In this document: positions 18,895-28,489 of the stretch, one piece after another
Layout: the number at the start of each line of letters is the position of its first letter
Position numbering within the stretch: position 1 is the first letter of the stretch
Origin: Candidatus Omnitrophota bacterium
Lineage (GTDB): Bacteria; Ratteibacteria; UBA8468; B48-G9; JAFGKM01
Assembly: GCA_023819375.1 (NCBI GenBank)
Contig: JAMWDI010000001.1
Location: 4,696 to 68,695 of the forward strand
Length of the DNA stretch: 64,000 bases
Direction of reading: 5' to 3'
Translations under genes and position numbers: made by a program
The notes under the pieces: model-generated
Database searches by the model: none
The model's input: only the letters and a program-made list of their open reading frames with translations
What the model was told of the DNA's origin: nothing

Positions 18895-19351
18895 CTTTCT
18901 TTAAAATAAAAGAAGAAATTGATAAAAAAACTATCATAACTACAATAGGAATCCAAACAGGTGCAATCCAAGGGGAAGGGATTAAAAAAAGACAATCAAT
19001 AGTCTTAAATGAAGGGGGCCAATCAATTAAAATTTTAAGTGTTAAATAGTAAAATAAATCCCATATAGAAAAAATCCAAAAGAAGGTTGCAAATTTTCTT
19101 ATAATTTTCTTTTCACATAGGATAGAAATTAAAATAATTATAATAATTGGCATTAATTCTCTTGTCTTTTCTATGAACAATAAACTATATCCTTTATTCC
19201 CAGTAATAATTAATGGTTTTGAGAGCTCTGAAATAGTTAATTTTGTTAAATCAGGTTGAATAGCAGTTAATATTTCTCTTATATAAACAACTACAATACC
19301 TTCCCACCACCCAAGAGCAATTCCTATCAATGTATAAAAAAGCAATCTCAT
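18887..19351 (-). CDS. Hypothetical membrane protein
   Basis: Hydrophobic segments and a conserved-looking WDLFYYLTLKILIDWPPS...DCLFLIPSPWIAPVW stretch. Confidence 0.8.
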   Translation of the reverse strand: MRLLFYTLIGIALGWWEGIVVVYIREILTAIQPDLTKLTISELSKPLIITGNKGYSLLFIEKTRELMPIIIIILISILCEKKIIRKFATFFWIFSIWDLFYYLTLKILIDWPPSFKTIDCLFLIPSPWIAPVWIPIVVMIVFLSISSFILKKVK

Positions 19352-19430
19352 TTTTTAATTATATCCTGAAAAACTTTACTAAAAAACAATAAAAAAATCT
19401 ATCTGGCCTACTAAGACAAACTACTTCTTT

Positions 19431-20306
19431 TTAAATCTCCTTAAAAATCTTTTCTTTTTTCAAATACTTAAATGCAATAGGTATTTTTTCTATTATATCA
19501 GAAGCAATTAAAGAAATCTCTCCTTTTTCTCTTTTTGCAATATCTCCAGCAAGTCCATGAATCAAAACACCATATTTTGCAGATATAAACTTTTCTTCAC
19601 CAGTTGCTAAAAGTCCTCCTATTATTCCTGCAAGAACATCTCCACTGCCTGCAGTTGCCATACCTGGGTTTCCTGTTAAATTTATATAAGTTTTTTCTCC
19701 ATCTGTCACAATTGTTTTATATCCTTTCAATATTAAAATGACATTGTATTTTTGGGCAAATTCAACTGCAACTTTTTCTCTATTTTTTTGTATTTCTTTT
19801 ATGCTTAAACCTGTTAAATAACACATTTCCCCTGGATGTGGTGTTAAAATTGGTTTTTCAAGAAATTTAAGAATTTCAAGATTTTCAGATATTATTTTTA
19901 AAGCATCCGCATCTATTATCAGAGGTTTTTTTATTTCAGGTATTATTTTTTTAACAAATTTTTTTGTCTCCTGATGCAAGGAAATACCAGGTCCTATTAA
20001 AACACAATCTGCTTTCTTTTCTATAAATTCATATGTTTTTTCATAAGCATTTAAGGAAAAATAATGGTCTTCTGTCTCTGGTAAAGGTAAACTCATTACT
20101 TCTGTAAGTTTAATTTCAATTATTTGATTTAAAGATTCAGGTATCCCTATTGTCACAAGACCACATCCACTTCTCAAAGCACTTATTCCTGCGAGACAAA
20201 CAGCACCTGTTAAACCAGGACTTCCTCCTATAATAAATAAATGTCCATAATCTCCTTTATGTGTGTCTTTTTCTCTTTTTTTTAAAAATTTTACTTTTTC
20301 ATTCAT
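19431..20306 (-). CDS. nnrD: ADP-dependent NAD(P)H-hydrate dehydratase
   Basis: HKGDYG, IGPGI, IDADAL, LTPHPGEM and GNPGMATAGSGDVLAG. Confidence 0.95.
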   Translation of the reverse strand: MNEKVKFLKKREKDTHKGDYGHLFIIGGSPGLTGAVCLAGISALRSGCGLVTIGIPESLNQIIEIKLTEVMSLPLPETEDHYFSLNAYEKTYEFIEKKADCVLIGPGISLHQETKKFVKKIIPEIKKPLIIDADALKIISENLEILKFLEKPILTPHPGEMCYLTGLSIKEIQKNREKVAVEFAQKYNVILILKGYKTIVTDGEKTYINLTGNPGMATAGSGDVLAGIIGGLLATGEEKFISAKYGVLIHGLAGDIAKREKGEISLIASDIIEKIPIAFKYLKKEKIFKEI

Positions 20307-20622
20307 AAATCAGACAAATTGCAACTGCTAAATCTTTTGTGTGAGAAAGGGAAAAGGTAATTTTTTTATTCCTAAGTTTTTTCTTTAACTTTGGATCTTT
20401 TATTTTTATTGCAGGTCTTCCAGATTTAAGTTTTTTAATTTCTATTTTTTTAAATTCATTATTTAACTTTAGACAATCAAAAAATGCTTTTTTTAGAGCA
20501 ACCTTACCCAATAAAGAAACTGGATTTTTAACTTTTAATTCTTCTTTTGATAGAAAAAAATGAAAATTTTGAGAATTTTTGAAATTTTCTAAAGATTCAA
20601 TTTTTATTGAGAAATTAAACAT
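20299..20622 (-). CDS. Degenerate AcpS-like 4'-phosphopantetheinyl transferase fold protein
   Basis: [16 protein letters not shown] and [12 protein letters not shown] match AcpS, but the GxD and KE acidic residues are absent. Confidence 0.7.
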   Translation of the reverse strand: MFNFSIKIESLENFKNSQNFHFFLSKEELKVKNPVSLLGKVALKKAFFDCLKLNNEFKKIEIKKLKSGRPAIKIKDPKLKKKLRNKKITFSLSHTKDLAVAICLIYE

Positions 20623-20866
20623 TTTGAGGAATAGGCCTTACATGAACAACTTTCTTATTGCCTCTTTCTGCATATTCAACTATTCCATCTATTAAACTGA
20701 ATATTGTATAATCTTTACCAATACCACAACCATTACCAGGTAAAATCTTTGTTCCCTTTTGTCTTACAATAATGTTCCCTGCTTTCACAATTTGTCCTTC
20801 AAAAACTTTTACTCCCCGATATTTTGGATTTGAATCTCTACCGTTTCCCTGTCTTTTTCTTCCCAT
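20615..20866 (-). CDS. rpmA: 50S ribosomal protein L27
   Basis: [13 protein letters not shown]...[10 protein letters not shown]...[10 protein letters not shown]. Start reassigned to ATG 20866. Confidence 0.95.
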   Translation of the reverse strand: MGRKRQGNGRDSNPKYRGVKVFEGQIVKAGNIIVRQKGTKILPGNGCGIGKDYTIFSLIDGIVEYAERGNKKVVHVRPIPQNV

Positions 20867-20875
20867 AGTAAAAAA

Positions 20876-20904
20876 ATTATAAATCAAATTTTAAAATAAG
20901 TCAA
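20876..20904 (-). promoter_or_regulatory. Sigma70 promoter of rpmA
   Basis: TTGACT (20899-20904), 17 bp, TATAAT (20876-20881), 9 nt upstream of the ATG. Confidence 0.65.
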
Positions 20905-21059
20905 CTTTTTTCTGATTGTACTTCCACCTGTTTCTTTTCTTAATCTTATAAGTGTTAAACTTTAAAGCATAATTTTCCTTACCTCTTTTAATAAGATAAG
21001 AAATAAAACTTTTCCATCTTATGATATTTTATAAAATTTCCGATAATTTGCAAAAAATA

Positions 21060-21088
21060 TTGACTTTTAACACTTAAAATATTATAAT
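21060..21088 (+). promoter_or_regulatory. Sigma70 promoter of the tRNA-Arg/Lys pair
   Basis: TTGACT, 17 bp, TATAAT, 13 nt upstream of tRNA-Arg. Confidence 0.7.
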
Positions 21089-21101
21089 AAATTTTGAAAT
21101 T

Positions 21102-21175
21102 GCGCCTGTAGCTCAACTGGATAGAGCATCTGCCTTCTAAGCAGAGGGTTGCGCGTTCGAGTCGCGCCAGGCGCA
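21102..21175 (+). tRNA. tRNA-Arg (TCT)
   Basis: GCGCCTG/CAGGCGC acceptor stem, anticodon arm TCTGC-CTTCTAA-GCAGA, GTTCGAGTC. Confidence 0.96.
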
Positions 21176-21179
21176 TTTT

Positions 21180-21252
21180 GGGCCGTTAGCTCAACTGGTA
21201 GAGCAACGGACTCTTAATCCGTAGGTCGCAGGTTCAAGTCCTGCACGGCCCA
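21180..21252 (+). tRNA. tRNA-Lys (CTT)
   Basis: GGGCCGT/ACGGCCC acceptor stem, anticodon loop CTCTTAA, GGTTCAAGTCC. Confidence 0.96.
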
Positions 21253-21253
21253 T

Positions 21254-22324
21254 TTAAAAGGTAAGTTTTAATTTAGGATTGACTATTTCTCCGTTTCTTA
21301 TAGCAAGACCTGTTTTTAATCCTTCTGAATATTCAATACTTTTAATACCCTTATCAGCAAGTTGCAAAATATATCTTTCTGTTACATTACAAAGAGCATA
21401 TGTTGAAGTTTTAGGTACAATACCAGGAATATTAGGGACACAGTAATGCACAATACCATCATAAATATAAATAGGATTTTTATGAGTTGTTGGTTTACTC
21501 GTCTCAGCAATTCCCCCCTCATCTATTGAAACATCAACAATTACTGTCCCCTCTTCCATTATTTTTAAATCATCTCTTCTTATAAGAATTGGTGGCCTTC
21601 TTCCTGGTATTAAAACTGCTCCAATCACTATATCTGCTTTTTTTATTTCTTTTTTAATGTCATAAAGCGTTGAATATAAAATTTTGCTTTTTGGAAATTC
21701 TTTCTTTAAAAATTTTATTCTTTCTTCATTAATTTCAAAAATTGTAATTTCTGCTCCAATTGAATAAGCAATCTTACCTGCATTATAACCTACTGTTCCT
21801 CCGCCCAAAATAACAACTCTACCTCCCTTTACTCCATCTACACCTGAAATAAGAATTCCTTTCCCACCATACTCTTTTTCAAGATATTTCATACCCTCCT
21901 GAATACTTAACTTTCCTGCTATCTCACTCATAGGTTTTAAAATAACAAGAATTCCTTTTTCTTCCACAAGTTCATAAGCAATGCATGTTGTCTTTCTTTC
22001 AATTAATTTTTTTGTCATTTCTATATTTGAAGAAAAATGGAAAAAAGTAAAAATTATTTGTTTATCTGAGAGCAAATTATATTCAGAAGGAAGAGGTTCT
22101 TTGACTTTGACAATTAAATCAGAATTTTCAAAAATATAAGAGTGATTATCAACAATTTCTGCGCCTGCTTTTTCATAATCTTCATTCTTTATACCTGCAC
22201 CAGTTCCTGCATCTTTTTCTATGATTACTTTATGTCCTTTCTTTACAAGTTTTTTTACTGTTTTTGGTGTAATACCAACTCTATACTCTTCTTCTTTTAT
22301 CTCTTTTGGTATTCCTATAATCAT
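21254..22324 (-). CDS. ald: Alanine dehydrogenase
   Basis: GIPKEIKEEEYRVG, VKVKEP, PMSEIAG, GGGTVG, DVSIDEGG and HYCVPNIPG. Confidence 0.93.
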   Translation of the reverse strand: MIIGIPKEIKEEEYRVGITPKTVKKLVKKGHKVIIEKDAGTGAGIKNEDYEKAGAEIVDNHSYIFENSDLIVKVKEPLPSEYNLLSDKQIIFTFFHFSSNIEMTKKLIERKTTCIAYELVEEKGILVILKPMSEIAGKLSIQEGMKYLEKEYGGKGILISGVDGVKGGRVVILGGGTVGYNAGKIAYSIGAEITIFEINEERIKFLKKEFPKSKILYSTLYDIKKEIKKADIVIGAVLIPGRRPPILIRRDDLKIMEEGTVIVDVSIDEGGIAETSKPTTHKNPIYIYDGIVHYCVPNIPGIVPKTSTYALCNVTERYILQLADKGIKSIEYSEGLKTGLAIRNGEIVNPKLKLTF

Positions 22325-23634
22325 TTTTGCATCTCTTTTATAATTTCAATTATTGAGTCAGCCATATATTTCAAATCTTCTTTTTTAAAATCATATAACG
22401 GGAGATGAGTAAATCTATGCAAAAATACTTCTTCTGCATTTGGACAGGTTTCTTTTATTTTTTCTGTATCATATCCTAACTGTTTCATAATTGAAAATCT
22501 ATAAAGTGGAGCAAAATGTGGAATTTGCGTTATTCCTTTTTCAGCCATTTTTTCTTTAACTTTTTGAATATCTCCATTAAGAAGATTTGGGTCTACTTGA
22601 AAAAGATAAAGATGATGAGTTGATTTAATTTTTTCATCATCAAGTGGTGGAGTTATAATCCCTTTTATATTTTTAAATCTTTCATTGAGATATTCTGCTG
22701 CTTTTCTTCTTTTTTCAATAATTTTATCCAGTCTTTTCATCTGCGAAAGTAATGCAACTGCTTGAATTTCAGTTGCTGAGTGATTCCCCGGGGCAAAATA
22801 ATCCCCTCTCCATTTTAAAGCAGTAACATCATAAAGCCATAAAGGAATAGGATTTTCAATATTAAATCCAACAAATCTTGCCTTTGGAAATTCTCTTCCT
22901 ACATCTTCATTTGTAACAAGTATACCACCTTCACCAAGAGATGTAATATTTTTTACTTCATGAAAACTAAAAGCCCCAAAATGTCCTATAGTTCCAATCA
23001 TTTTACCCTCATAGACAGCACCAAATGCATGAGCAGCATCTTCAAGAACAACAATATTGAATTTTTTTGCAATATCCATTATCGCAGACATATCACAAGG
23101 ATACCCACCTATATGGACAGGCACTATTACTTTTGTCTTCTTTGTAACTTTCCTTGCCACATCTTCAGGGTCCATATTTAAAGTCCTTGGATCTATATCT
23201 GCAAGAACTACCTTAGCCCCAATAGAAAGAGGGTAGGAAATAGTTGCAATAAAAGTAATGGCAGGTGCTATAACTTCATCCCCTGGTTTTAAATCGGCAA
23301 ATTTGTAAGCAATTTCAAAACCTGCTGTAGCATTTGTAAGAAAGACAGCATATTTACAGTTTAAAAATTTTTTAACCTCTTCTTCAAGTTGAGCAACTTT
23401 TTCTCCAAGTGTTAATTTACCAGCAAGATTGGAATTTTCAATAAGTTTTTTTATCTCTTTTTCAACTCTTTTTATTTGCGTTCTGTATTTTTTAACCTTA
23501 TCCTTTTTAGGAGGTATAAGAAATTTTAAAATTTCCATTATATCCTGAAATTTTATTTTTTCTCCAACAGCACTCCATGGAATTCTCGCAGGACCTGTAT
23601 CATATCTGAAATCAGATACTTTTTCTTTTTTCAT
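22321..23634 (-). CDS. DegT/DnrJ/EryC1/StrS family PLP-dependent aminotransferase
   Basis: PGDEVI, PVHIGG, VLEDAAHA and FSFHEVKNITSLGEGG (PLP lysine). Confidence 0.92.
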   Translation of the reverse strand: MKKEKVSDFRYDTGPARIPWSAVGEKIKFQDIMEILKFLIPPKKDKVKKYRTQIKRVEKEIKKLIENSNLAGKLTLGEKVAQLEEEVKKFLNCKYAVFLTNATAGFEIAYKFADLKPGDEVIAPAITFIATISYPLSIGAKVVLADIDPRTLNMDPEDVARKVTKKTKVIVPVHIGGYPCDMSAIMDIAKKFNIVVLEDAAHAFGAVYEGKMIGTIGHFGAFSFHEVKNITSLGEGGILVTNEDVGREFPKARFVGFNIENPIPLWLYDVTALKWRGDYFAPGNHSATEIQAVALLSQMKRLDKIIEKRRKAAEYLNERFKNIKGIITPPLDDEKIKSTHHLYLFQVDPNLLNGDIQKVKEKMAEKGITQIPHFAPLYRFSIMKQLGYDTEKIKETCPNAEEVFLHRFTHLPLYDFKKEDLKYMADSIIEIIKEMQK

Positions 23635-23680
23635 TTTTCCCCCCTTTTTTACTTTTTCGTAAATAATATATTAAAAAAAA

Positions 23681-24823
23681 TTAATTGTCAAGTTTTAAAA
23701 ATTTACTTATTGAAAAACAAGCACCTCCAATCGCTCCAATTTCTTTTCCAAAATCAGAAATTTCAAATCTAACTGGGTATTTGTAAACCATATTTTCTTC
23801 AATTTTTCTTATAATTTCCCCTAAAAAATCTTTATATATTTCAAAATTTCTGTCAAAAATAACCAACTCGGAATTAAACAAATTTACGAGATTGGCAACA
23901 GAAATACTAAATATTTCCAAAATTTCATCTAAGATTGTTTTAATTATCTTTTCTCCTTTCAAGTATCTTGAAACAATCTCTGAAATATTCATATCTTTTT
24001 TGGTTGCCTCTTTAATTTTTTTTATAATTGAGGGAATGCTTGCAATTGCTTCTAAACATCCATTCCCACCACAATTACATTTTTCAGTTCTACCATTTAT
24101 TTTAATATGTCCAAATTCTCCTGCAACACCACCTGCTCCATGGACAACTCTATTATCACTTATAATACCACATCCAATTCCTTCACCATATTCAACAAAT
24201 AAAAAATTTCTATAATTTTTACCTTTGCCAAAAAATTTCTCACTTAATACTTTTGCCTGTGAAGTCCCTATAACAAAAGTTTCAATCGAAACTTCATTTT
24301 CAATATAATTTTTTATAGGCACATCTCTCCATTGAGGCATAATTGATGAAAACAAAGAAATTCCTTTTTCTGTATCAACAATTCCAGGATCAACAAAACC
24401 TATTCCACAAATTTTATTTTTATCACTTCCACATTTTGATATCACATTTTTTATAAGATAAACTATTTTTTCTTTAATATTTTCTTTACTCTCATTCAAA
24501 TCTAAATCTATTGTTTCACTTTTTATAATTTTTCCTTCAAAATTTAAAATAACAGAATATATGCCTGTCGTTGTTAATTCACATCCAATAAAAAATTTAC
24601 TATCAGGAACAATGCTTAATAAAGAATGGGGCCTTCCACCTTTTTCATTCTTTCTTTTTCCAACTTCTTTAACTATTCCTTCTTTTATCAATTCTTTTAT
24701 TATTTCAGTAATTGTTGCAAAACGAATATCAAGCAGTTCATGTAGATCTTTTCTTGAAAATTTACCTTTTTCATAAATTGTTTTCAGAATATTAGTTCTA
24801 TGAAGATGATATTTTGTAGTCAT
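23681..24823 (-). CDS. ROK family transcriptional regulator
   Basis: N-terminal HTH with GGRP; GIGCG and AGEFGH...CNCGGNGCLEA. Confidence 0.93.
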   Translation of the reverse strand: MTTKYHLHRTNILKTIYEKGKFSRKDLHELLDIRFATITEIIKELIKEGIVKEVGKRKNEKGGRPHSLLSIVPDSKFFIGCELTTTGIYSVILNFEGKIIKSETIDLDLNESKENIKEKIVYLIKNVISKCGSDKNKICGIGFVDPGIVDTEKGISLFSSIMPQWRDVPIKNYIENEVSIETFVIGTSQAKVLSEKFFGKGKNYRNFLFVEYGEGIGCGIISDNRVVHGAGGVAGEFGHIKINGRTEKCNCGGNGCLEAIASIPSIIKKIKEATKKDMNISEIVSRYLKGEKIIKTILDEILEIFSISVANLVNLFNSELVIFDRNFEIYKDFLGEIIRKIEENMVYKYPVRFEISDFGKEIGAIGGACFSISKFLKLDN

Positions 24824-24868
24824 ATTTATATTTTAACATTTTTTTCAATTTTGTTATAATTTTCTCTT

Positions 24869-25966
24869 ATGAAAGATAAAGTAGTCGTCTTAAAATGCGA
24901 AAGTTATTCAGAAGATTTAATTTACGAAAAATTAAAAAGAGGCATTGAACTTTTGGATTTAAAAAATATACCTGAAAAAATACTTTTAAAACCAAATATG
25001 TTATCTGCGAGAAATCCAAATGAAGGAGTTACAACACATCCTACCCTTATTTCAGGTCTTATTAAAATTTTTGAAAATAAAAAATTAATCATAGGAGATA
25101 GCCCTGCTAATGCTTTAAAACCAATAGAAGAATACTGGGAAAATTGTGGTTATTTGGAGATATCAAAAAAATATAATGTGGAACTTAAAAAATTTGACGA
25201 TTTTTTAATAATTGACCTTAATGTTAATGGCAAAAAATGTAAAATTCCTGTAACTAAATTGATAAAAGAATATAAAGTTTTAAATATACCCAAATTTAAA
25301 ACGCATAATTTAACCACTTTAACAATTGGAATTAAAAACTTATATGGTCTAATCCCTGGAATGACAAAATCAATTTTACATAGTAAATTTATTAATCCCT
25401 ACGATTTTTCTTCCTTCCTTATTGAATTCTATAAAGAAATTGAAAAAAATATTTTTCTTACAGTTGTTGACGCAATAATAATTATGGAAGGAGATGGGCC
25501 ATCATCTGGAGAATTAAGAAAAGCAGGATATATTATAATTGGAGAAAGTCCTGTATATGTTGACTATTTTTGTTGCTTACTTGCCAGTATTAATCCAGAA
25601 AATATTGATTTTATAAAAATTTATAAAGAAAAATACAAATTGAAAGAACCTGAAATAATTGGGGACAATTTTGAAGTACTAAAAAATTTCAAGTTACCGT
25701 CTACTAAGAAATATTTTTTGATTAAAAATAAATTTTTTTCAAAATTACTCCTACCAATAAGTAAATTTTTTAAAATTATTCCAGTAATAAATCTTCAAAA
25801 ATGTAAAAAATGTTATAGTTGTGTAAATGTATGTCCTGTGAAAAGTATTTCAAAAAACTTGAAATTTGATAGAAAAAAGTGTATATTATGTTTCTGTTGC
25901 TTTGAAGTGTGCCCATATAAAGCAATTAAAATTAAGAAAAGTTTAATTGCAAAAATTTTAACATAA
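24869..25966 (+). CDS. DUF362 protein with C-terminal 2x[4Fe-4S] ferredoxin domain
   Basis: LLKPN, TTHP, PKFKTH, KNLYG and MEGDGP; CKKCYSCVNVCP and CILCFCCFEVCP. Confidence 0.9.
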   Translation: MKDKVVVLKCESYSEDLIYEKLKRGIELLDLKNIPEKILLKPNMLSARNPNEGVTTHPTLISGLIKIFENKKLIIGDSPANALKPIEEYWENCGYLEISKKYNVELKKFDDFLIIDLNVNGKKCKIPVTKLIKEYKVLNIPKFKTHNLTTLTIGIKNLYGLIPGMTKSILHSKFINPYDFSSFLIEFYKEIEKNIFLTVVDAIIIMEGDGPSSGELRKAGYIIIGESPVYVDYFCCLLASINPENIDFIKIYKEKYKLKEPEIIGDNFEVLKNFKLPSTKKYFLIKNKFFSKLLLPISKFFKIIPVINLQKCKKCYSCVNVCPVKSISKNLKFDRKKCILCFCCFEVCPYKAIKIKKSLIAKILT

Positions 25967-25977
25967 AGGAGTAAAAA

Positions 25978-27192
25978 ATGGAGTATGAAAAAATCTTACC
26001 TGAAATTATACAAGAAAATGATAAAAAAATTCTTCTTGTTGTTCTTGATGGGATAGGAGGTCTTCCTCATCCAATAACCGGAAAAACTGAACTTGAAACT
26101 GCCAGAATACCAAACCTTGATTATTTTGCAAAAATTGGGTCCTGCGGGCTTATAATACCTGTTCTTCCTGGCATAACTCCTGGGAGTGGGCCTGGACATA
26201 TTGCCTTATTTGGATATGATCCAATTGAAATTCAAATTGGAAGAGGAATACTTGAGTGTCTTGGCATTGGTCTGGAGGTTAAAAAGGGAGAAATTGCCAT
26301 TAGAGGGAATTTTGCAACAATAGATGAAAATAAAATAGTTACAGATAGAAGAGCAGGAAGAATTCCAACAGAAGAAAATGAAAAAATTGTAAATTTAATT
26401 TCTGAAAATATAAGAGAAATTAAAGGAATAAAAATAAAAATAAAAACAGTTAAAGAACATAGATGTGCAATTATATTAAGTGGAGAAAATCTTTCTATTG
26501 ATGTATCTGAAAATGACCCAGGAAAAGAAGGAAAACCTTTAAAAAATTTTGTACCTTTAAGTGAAAAAGGAAAATTCACAGCAGAAGTTTTAAACGAATT
26601 TGAAGAAAGAGTTATTAACTTATTGAAAAATGTGGATACAAAAGCGAAATGTATTCTTCTAAGGGGTTTTTCTACATATCCAGAAATAAAAACTTTTAAA
26701 GAAAAGTATAAATTGAATGCTTGCTGTATTGCAACATATCCAATGTATAAGGGTATTTCAAAACTTGTTGGTATGGATGTAATTGACTGTGGCGAAACTG
26801 TTGAAGAGGAGATAATGGCTCTTCAGAAAGTTTATAATGATTATAATTTTTTCTTCCTTCATATTAAAAAAACGGATAGTCTTGGGGAAGACGGAAATTT
26901 TGAAGGTAAAGTAAAATTTATTGAAGAAATAGACAAAAAAATTGAACTGATTAAAAGTATGGAATTTGAAGCAATTGCAATAACAGGAGACCATTCTACA
27001 CCATCAAAACTAAAAGGTCATTCATGGCACCCTGTTCCTTTTGTTCTAGTTTCACCAAATACAATACCAGACGATGTTCAAAGGTTTACCGAAAAAGAAT
27101 GTAGTAAAGGAATTTTAGGAAATATGTATTCAAAAAATGTTATGTATCTTTTACTTGCCTGTTCTTTAAAACTTGGAAAATTTGGAGCATAG
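25978..27192 (+). CDS. apgM: 2,3-bisphosphoglycerate-independent phosphoglycerate mutase (archaeal-type)
   Basis: VLDGIGG, TPGSGPGH, DRRAGRI, HIKKTDSLGEDG, TGDHSTP and HSWHPVP. Confidence 0.92.
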   Translation: MEYEKILPEIIQENDKKILLVVLDGIGGLPHPITGKTELETARIPNLDYFAKIGSCGLIIPVLPGITPGSGPGHIALFGYDPIEIQIGRGILECLGIGLEVKKGEIAIRGNFATIDENKIVTDRRAGRIPTEENEKIVNLISENIREIKGIKIKIKTVKEHRCAIILSGENLSIDVSENDPGKEGKPLKNFVPLSEKGKFTAEVLNEFEERVINLLKNVDTKAKCILLRGFSTYPEIKTFKEKYKLNACCIATYPMYKGISKLVGMDVIDCGETVEEEIMALQKVYNDYNFFFLHIKKTDSLGEDGNFEGKVKFIEEIDKKIELIKSMEFEAIAITGDHSTPSKLKGHSWHPVPFVLVSPNTIPDDVQRFTEKECSKGILGNMYSKNVMYLLLACSLKLGKFGA

Positions 27193-27193
27193 T

Positions 27194-28489
27194 ATGTTCA
27201 AAGGCGGTGTTAAACTAATAGATTTTAAAAGTTTGAGCAAAAATGAAGAAATTGAAGAATTCAAATATCCAGAAAAAGTAATAATTCCTTTAATTCAACA
27301 TACAGGAAGTCCTGCAAAACCAGTTGTAAAAAAAGGAGATTATGTCCTTGAAGGACAGGTTATTGGAGAGATTACTGGATTCATTAGTTCGTATATACAC
27401 TCTTCTATATCAGGAAAAGTTATTGAAATTGCTCCTTGGGATTTACCTACTGGAAGAAAATCTTTAAGTGTTATTATTGAAAGTGATGGCGAAAGAAAAA
27501 GTATAGAAAAAGTAAAAAGAGATTGGCTTAACCTTAAATCAGAGGAAATTATAAATATTGTAAAAGAAAGTGGTATTGTTGGTCTTGGTGGTGCTGCTTT
27601 CCCTACACATGTAAAATTAACTATTCCAGAAGGAAAAAGAGTAGATTTTATTTTGATAAATGGATGTGAATGTGAACCATTTTTAACCTGCGATTATAGA
27701 GTTTTAAAAGAATATACTGAAGAAGTTATTGAAGGAATTCAAATAATTTGTAAAGCCACAAATGTGAAAAAAGCATTTATTGGGATTGAACATAATAAAA
27801 TTGATCTTTTACCTCAACTTGAAAGAAGTATTAGAAATTTAAAAATAAGTATTGAAATTGAAATCAAAATTCTTCCTGCAAAATATCCTCAGGGTAGTGA
27901 AAAACACTTAATAAAATCTATTTTAAATAGAGAGGTTCCATCTGGAGGATTGCCCATAGACGTTAATTGCATTGTCTTTAATGTTCAAACGACACTGGCA
28001 ATAAAACGTGCTGTTTGTGATGGCATCCCTTTAACTGAAAGGGTTTTGACATGCTCTGGACTTGTGAAAAATCCAAAAAATTTAAAAGTAAAAATTGGAA
28101 CTTTAATATCTGATATTTTAAATTTTTGTGGAGCAGAATTAAAACATGGTAGGAAAATCATAGTTGGTGGTCCAATGATGGGAATACAATTATTTAAAGA
28201 AGATGTTCCTGTTATAAAAGGAACAACAGGAATTTTATTATTACCTGAAGAAAAATTACCTAAAAGAATTCAACCTTGTATAAGATGTGGAAAATGTCTT
28301 GATGTATGTCCAATGTTTCTTCTTCCCAGTGAAATAGGTAAATATGTAGAACTTGAAAGATTTGATAAGGTAGAAAATTTAAATGTTTTTGATTGTATTG
28401 AATGTGGATGTTGTGCTTATATATGTCCTTCAAAAAGACCACTTGTTGACTTTATAAAATGTGCTAAATTTAAATTGAGAAAAAAATGA
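27194..28489 (+). CDS. rnfC: Rnf electron transport complex subunit C
   Basis: MFKGG start, GIVGLGGAAFPTHVKL, NGCECEP, YPQGSEK, GGPMMG and two CxxCxxCxxxCP motifs. Confidence 0.95.
   Translation: MFKGGVKLIDFKSLSKNEEIEEFKYPEKVIIPLIQHTGSPAKPVVKKGDYVLEGQVIGEITGFISSYIHSSISGKVIEIAPWDLPTGRKSLSVIIESDGERKSIEKVKRDWLNLKSEEIINIVKESGIVGLGGAAFPTHVKLTIPEGKRVDFILINGCECEPFLTCDYRVLKEYTEEVIEGIQIICKATNVKKAFIGIEHNKIDLLPQLERSIRNLKISIEIEIKILPAKYPQGSEKHLIKSILNREVPSGGLPIDVNCIVFNVQTTLAIKRAVCDGIPLTERVLTCSGLVKNPKNLKVKIGTLISDILNFCGAELKHGRKIIVGGPMMGIQLFKEDVPVIKGTTGILLLPEEKLPKRIQPCIRCGKCLDVCPMFLLPSEIGKYVELERFDKVENLNVFDCIECGCCAYICPSKRPLVDFIKCAKFKLRKK

Noticed and set aside
20905-21030. Short open frame upstream of rpmA (RWKSFISYLIKRGKENYALK...)
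   Set aside because: No start codon after the upstream in-frame stop and no recognisable homology.
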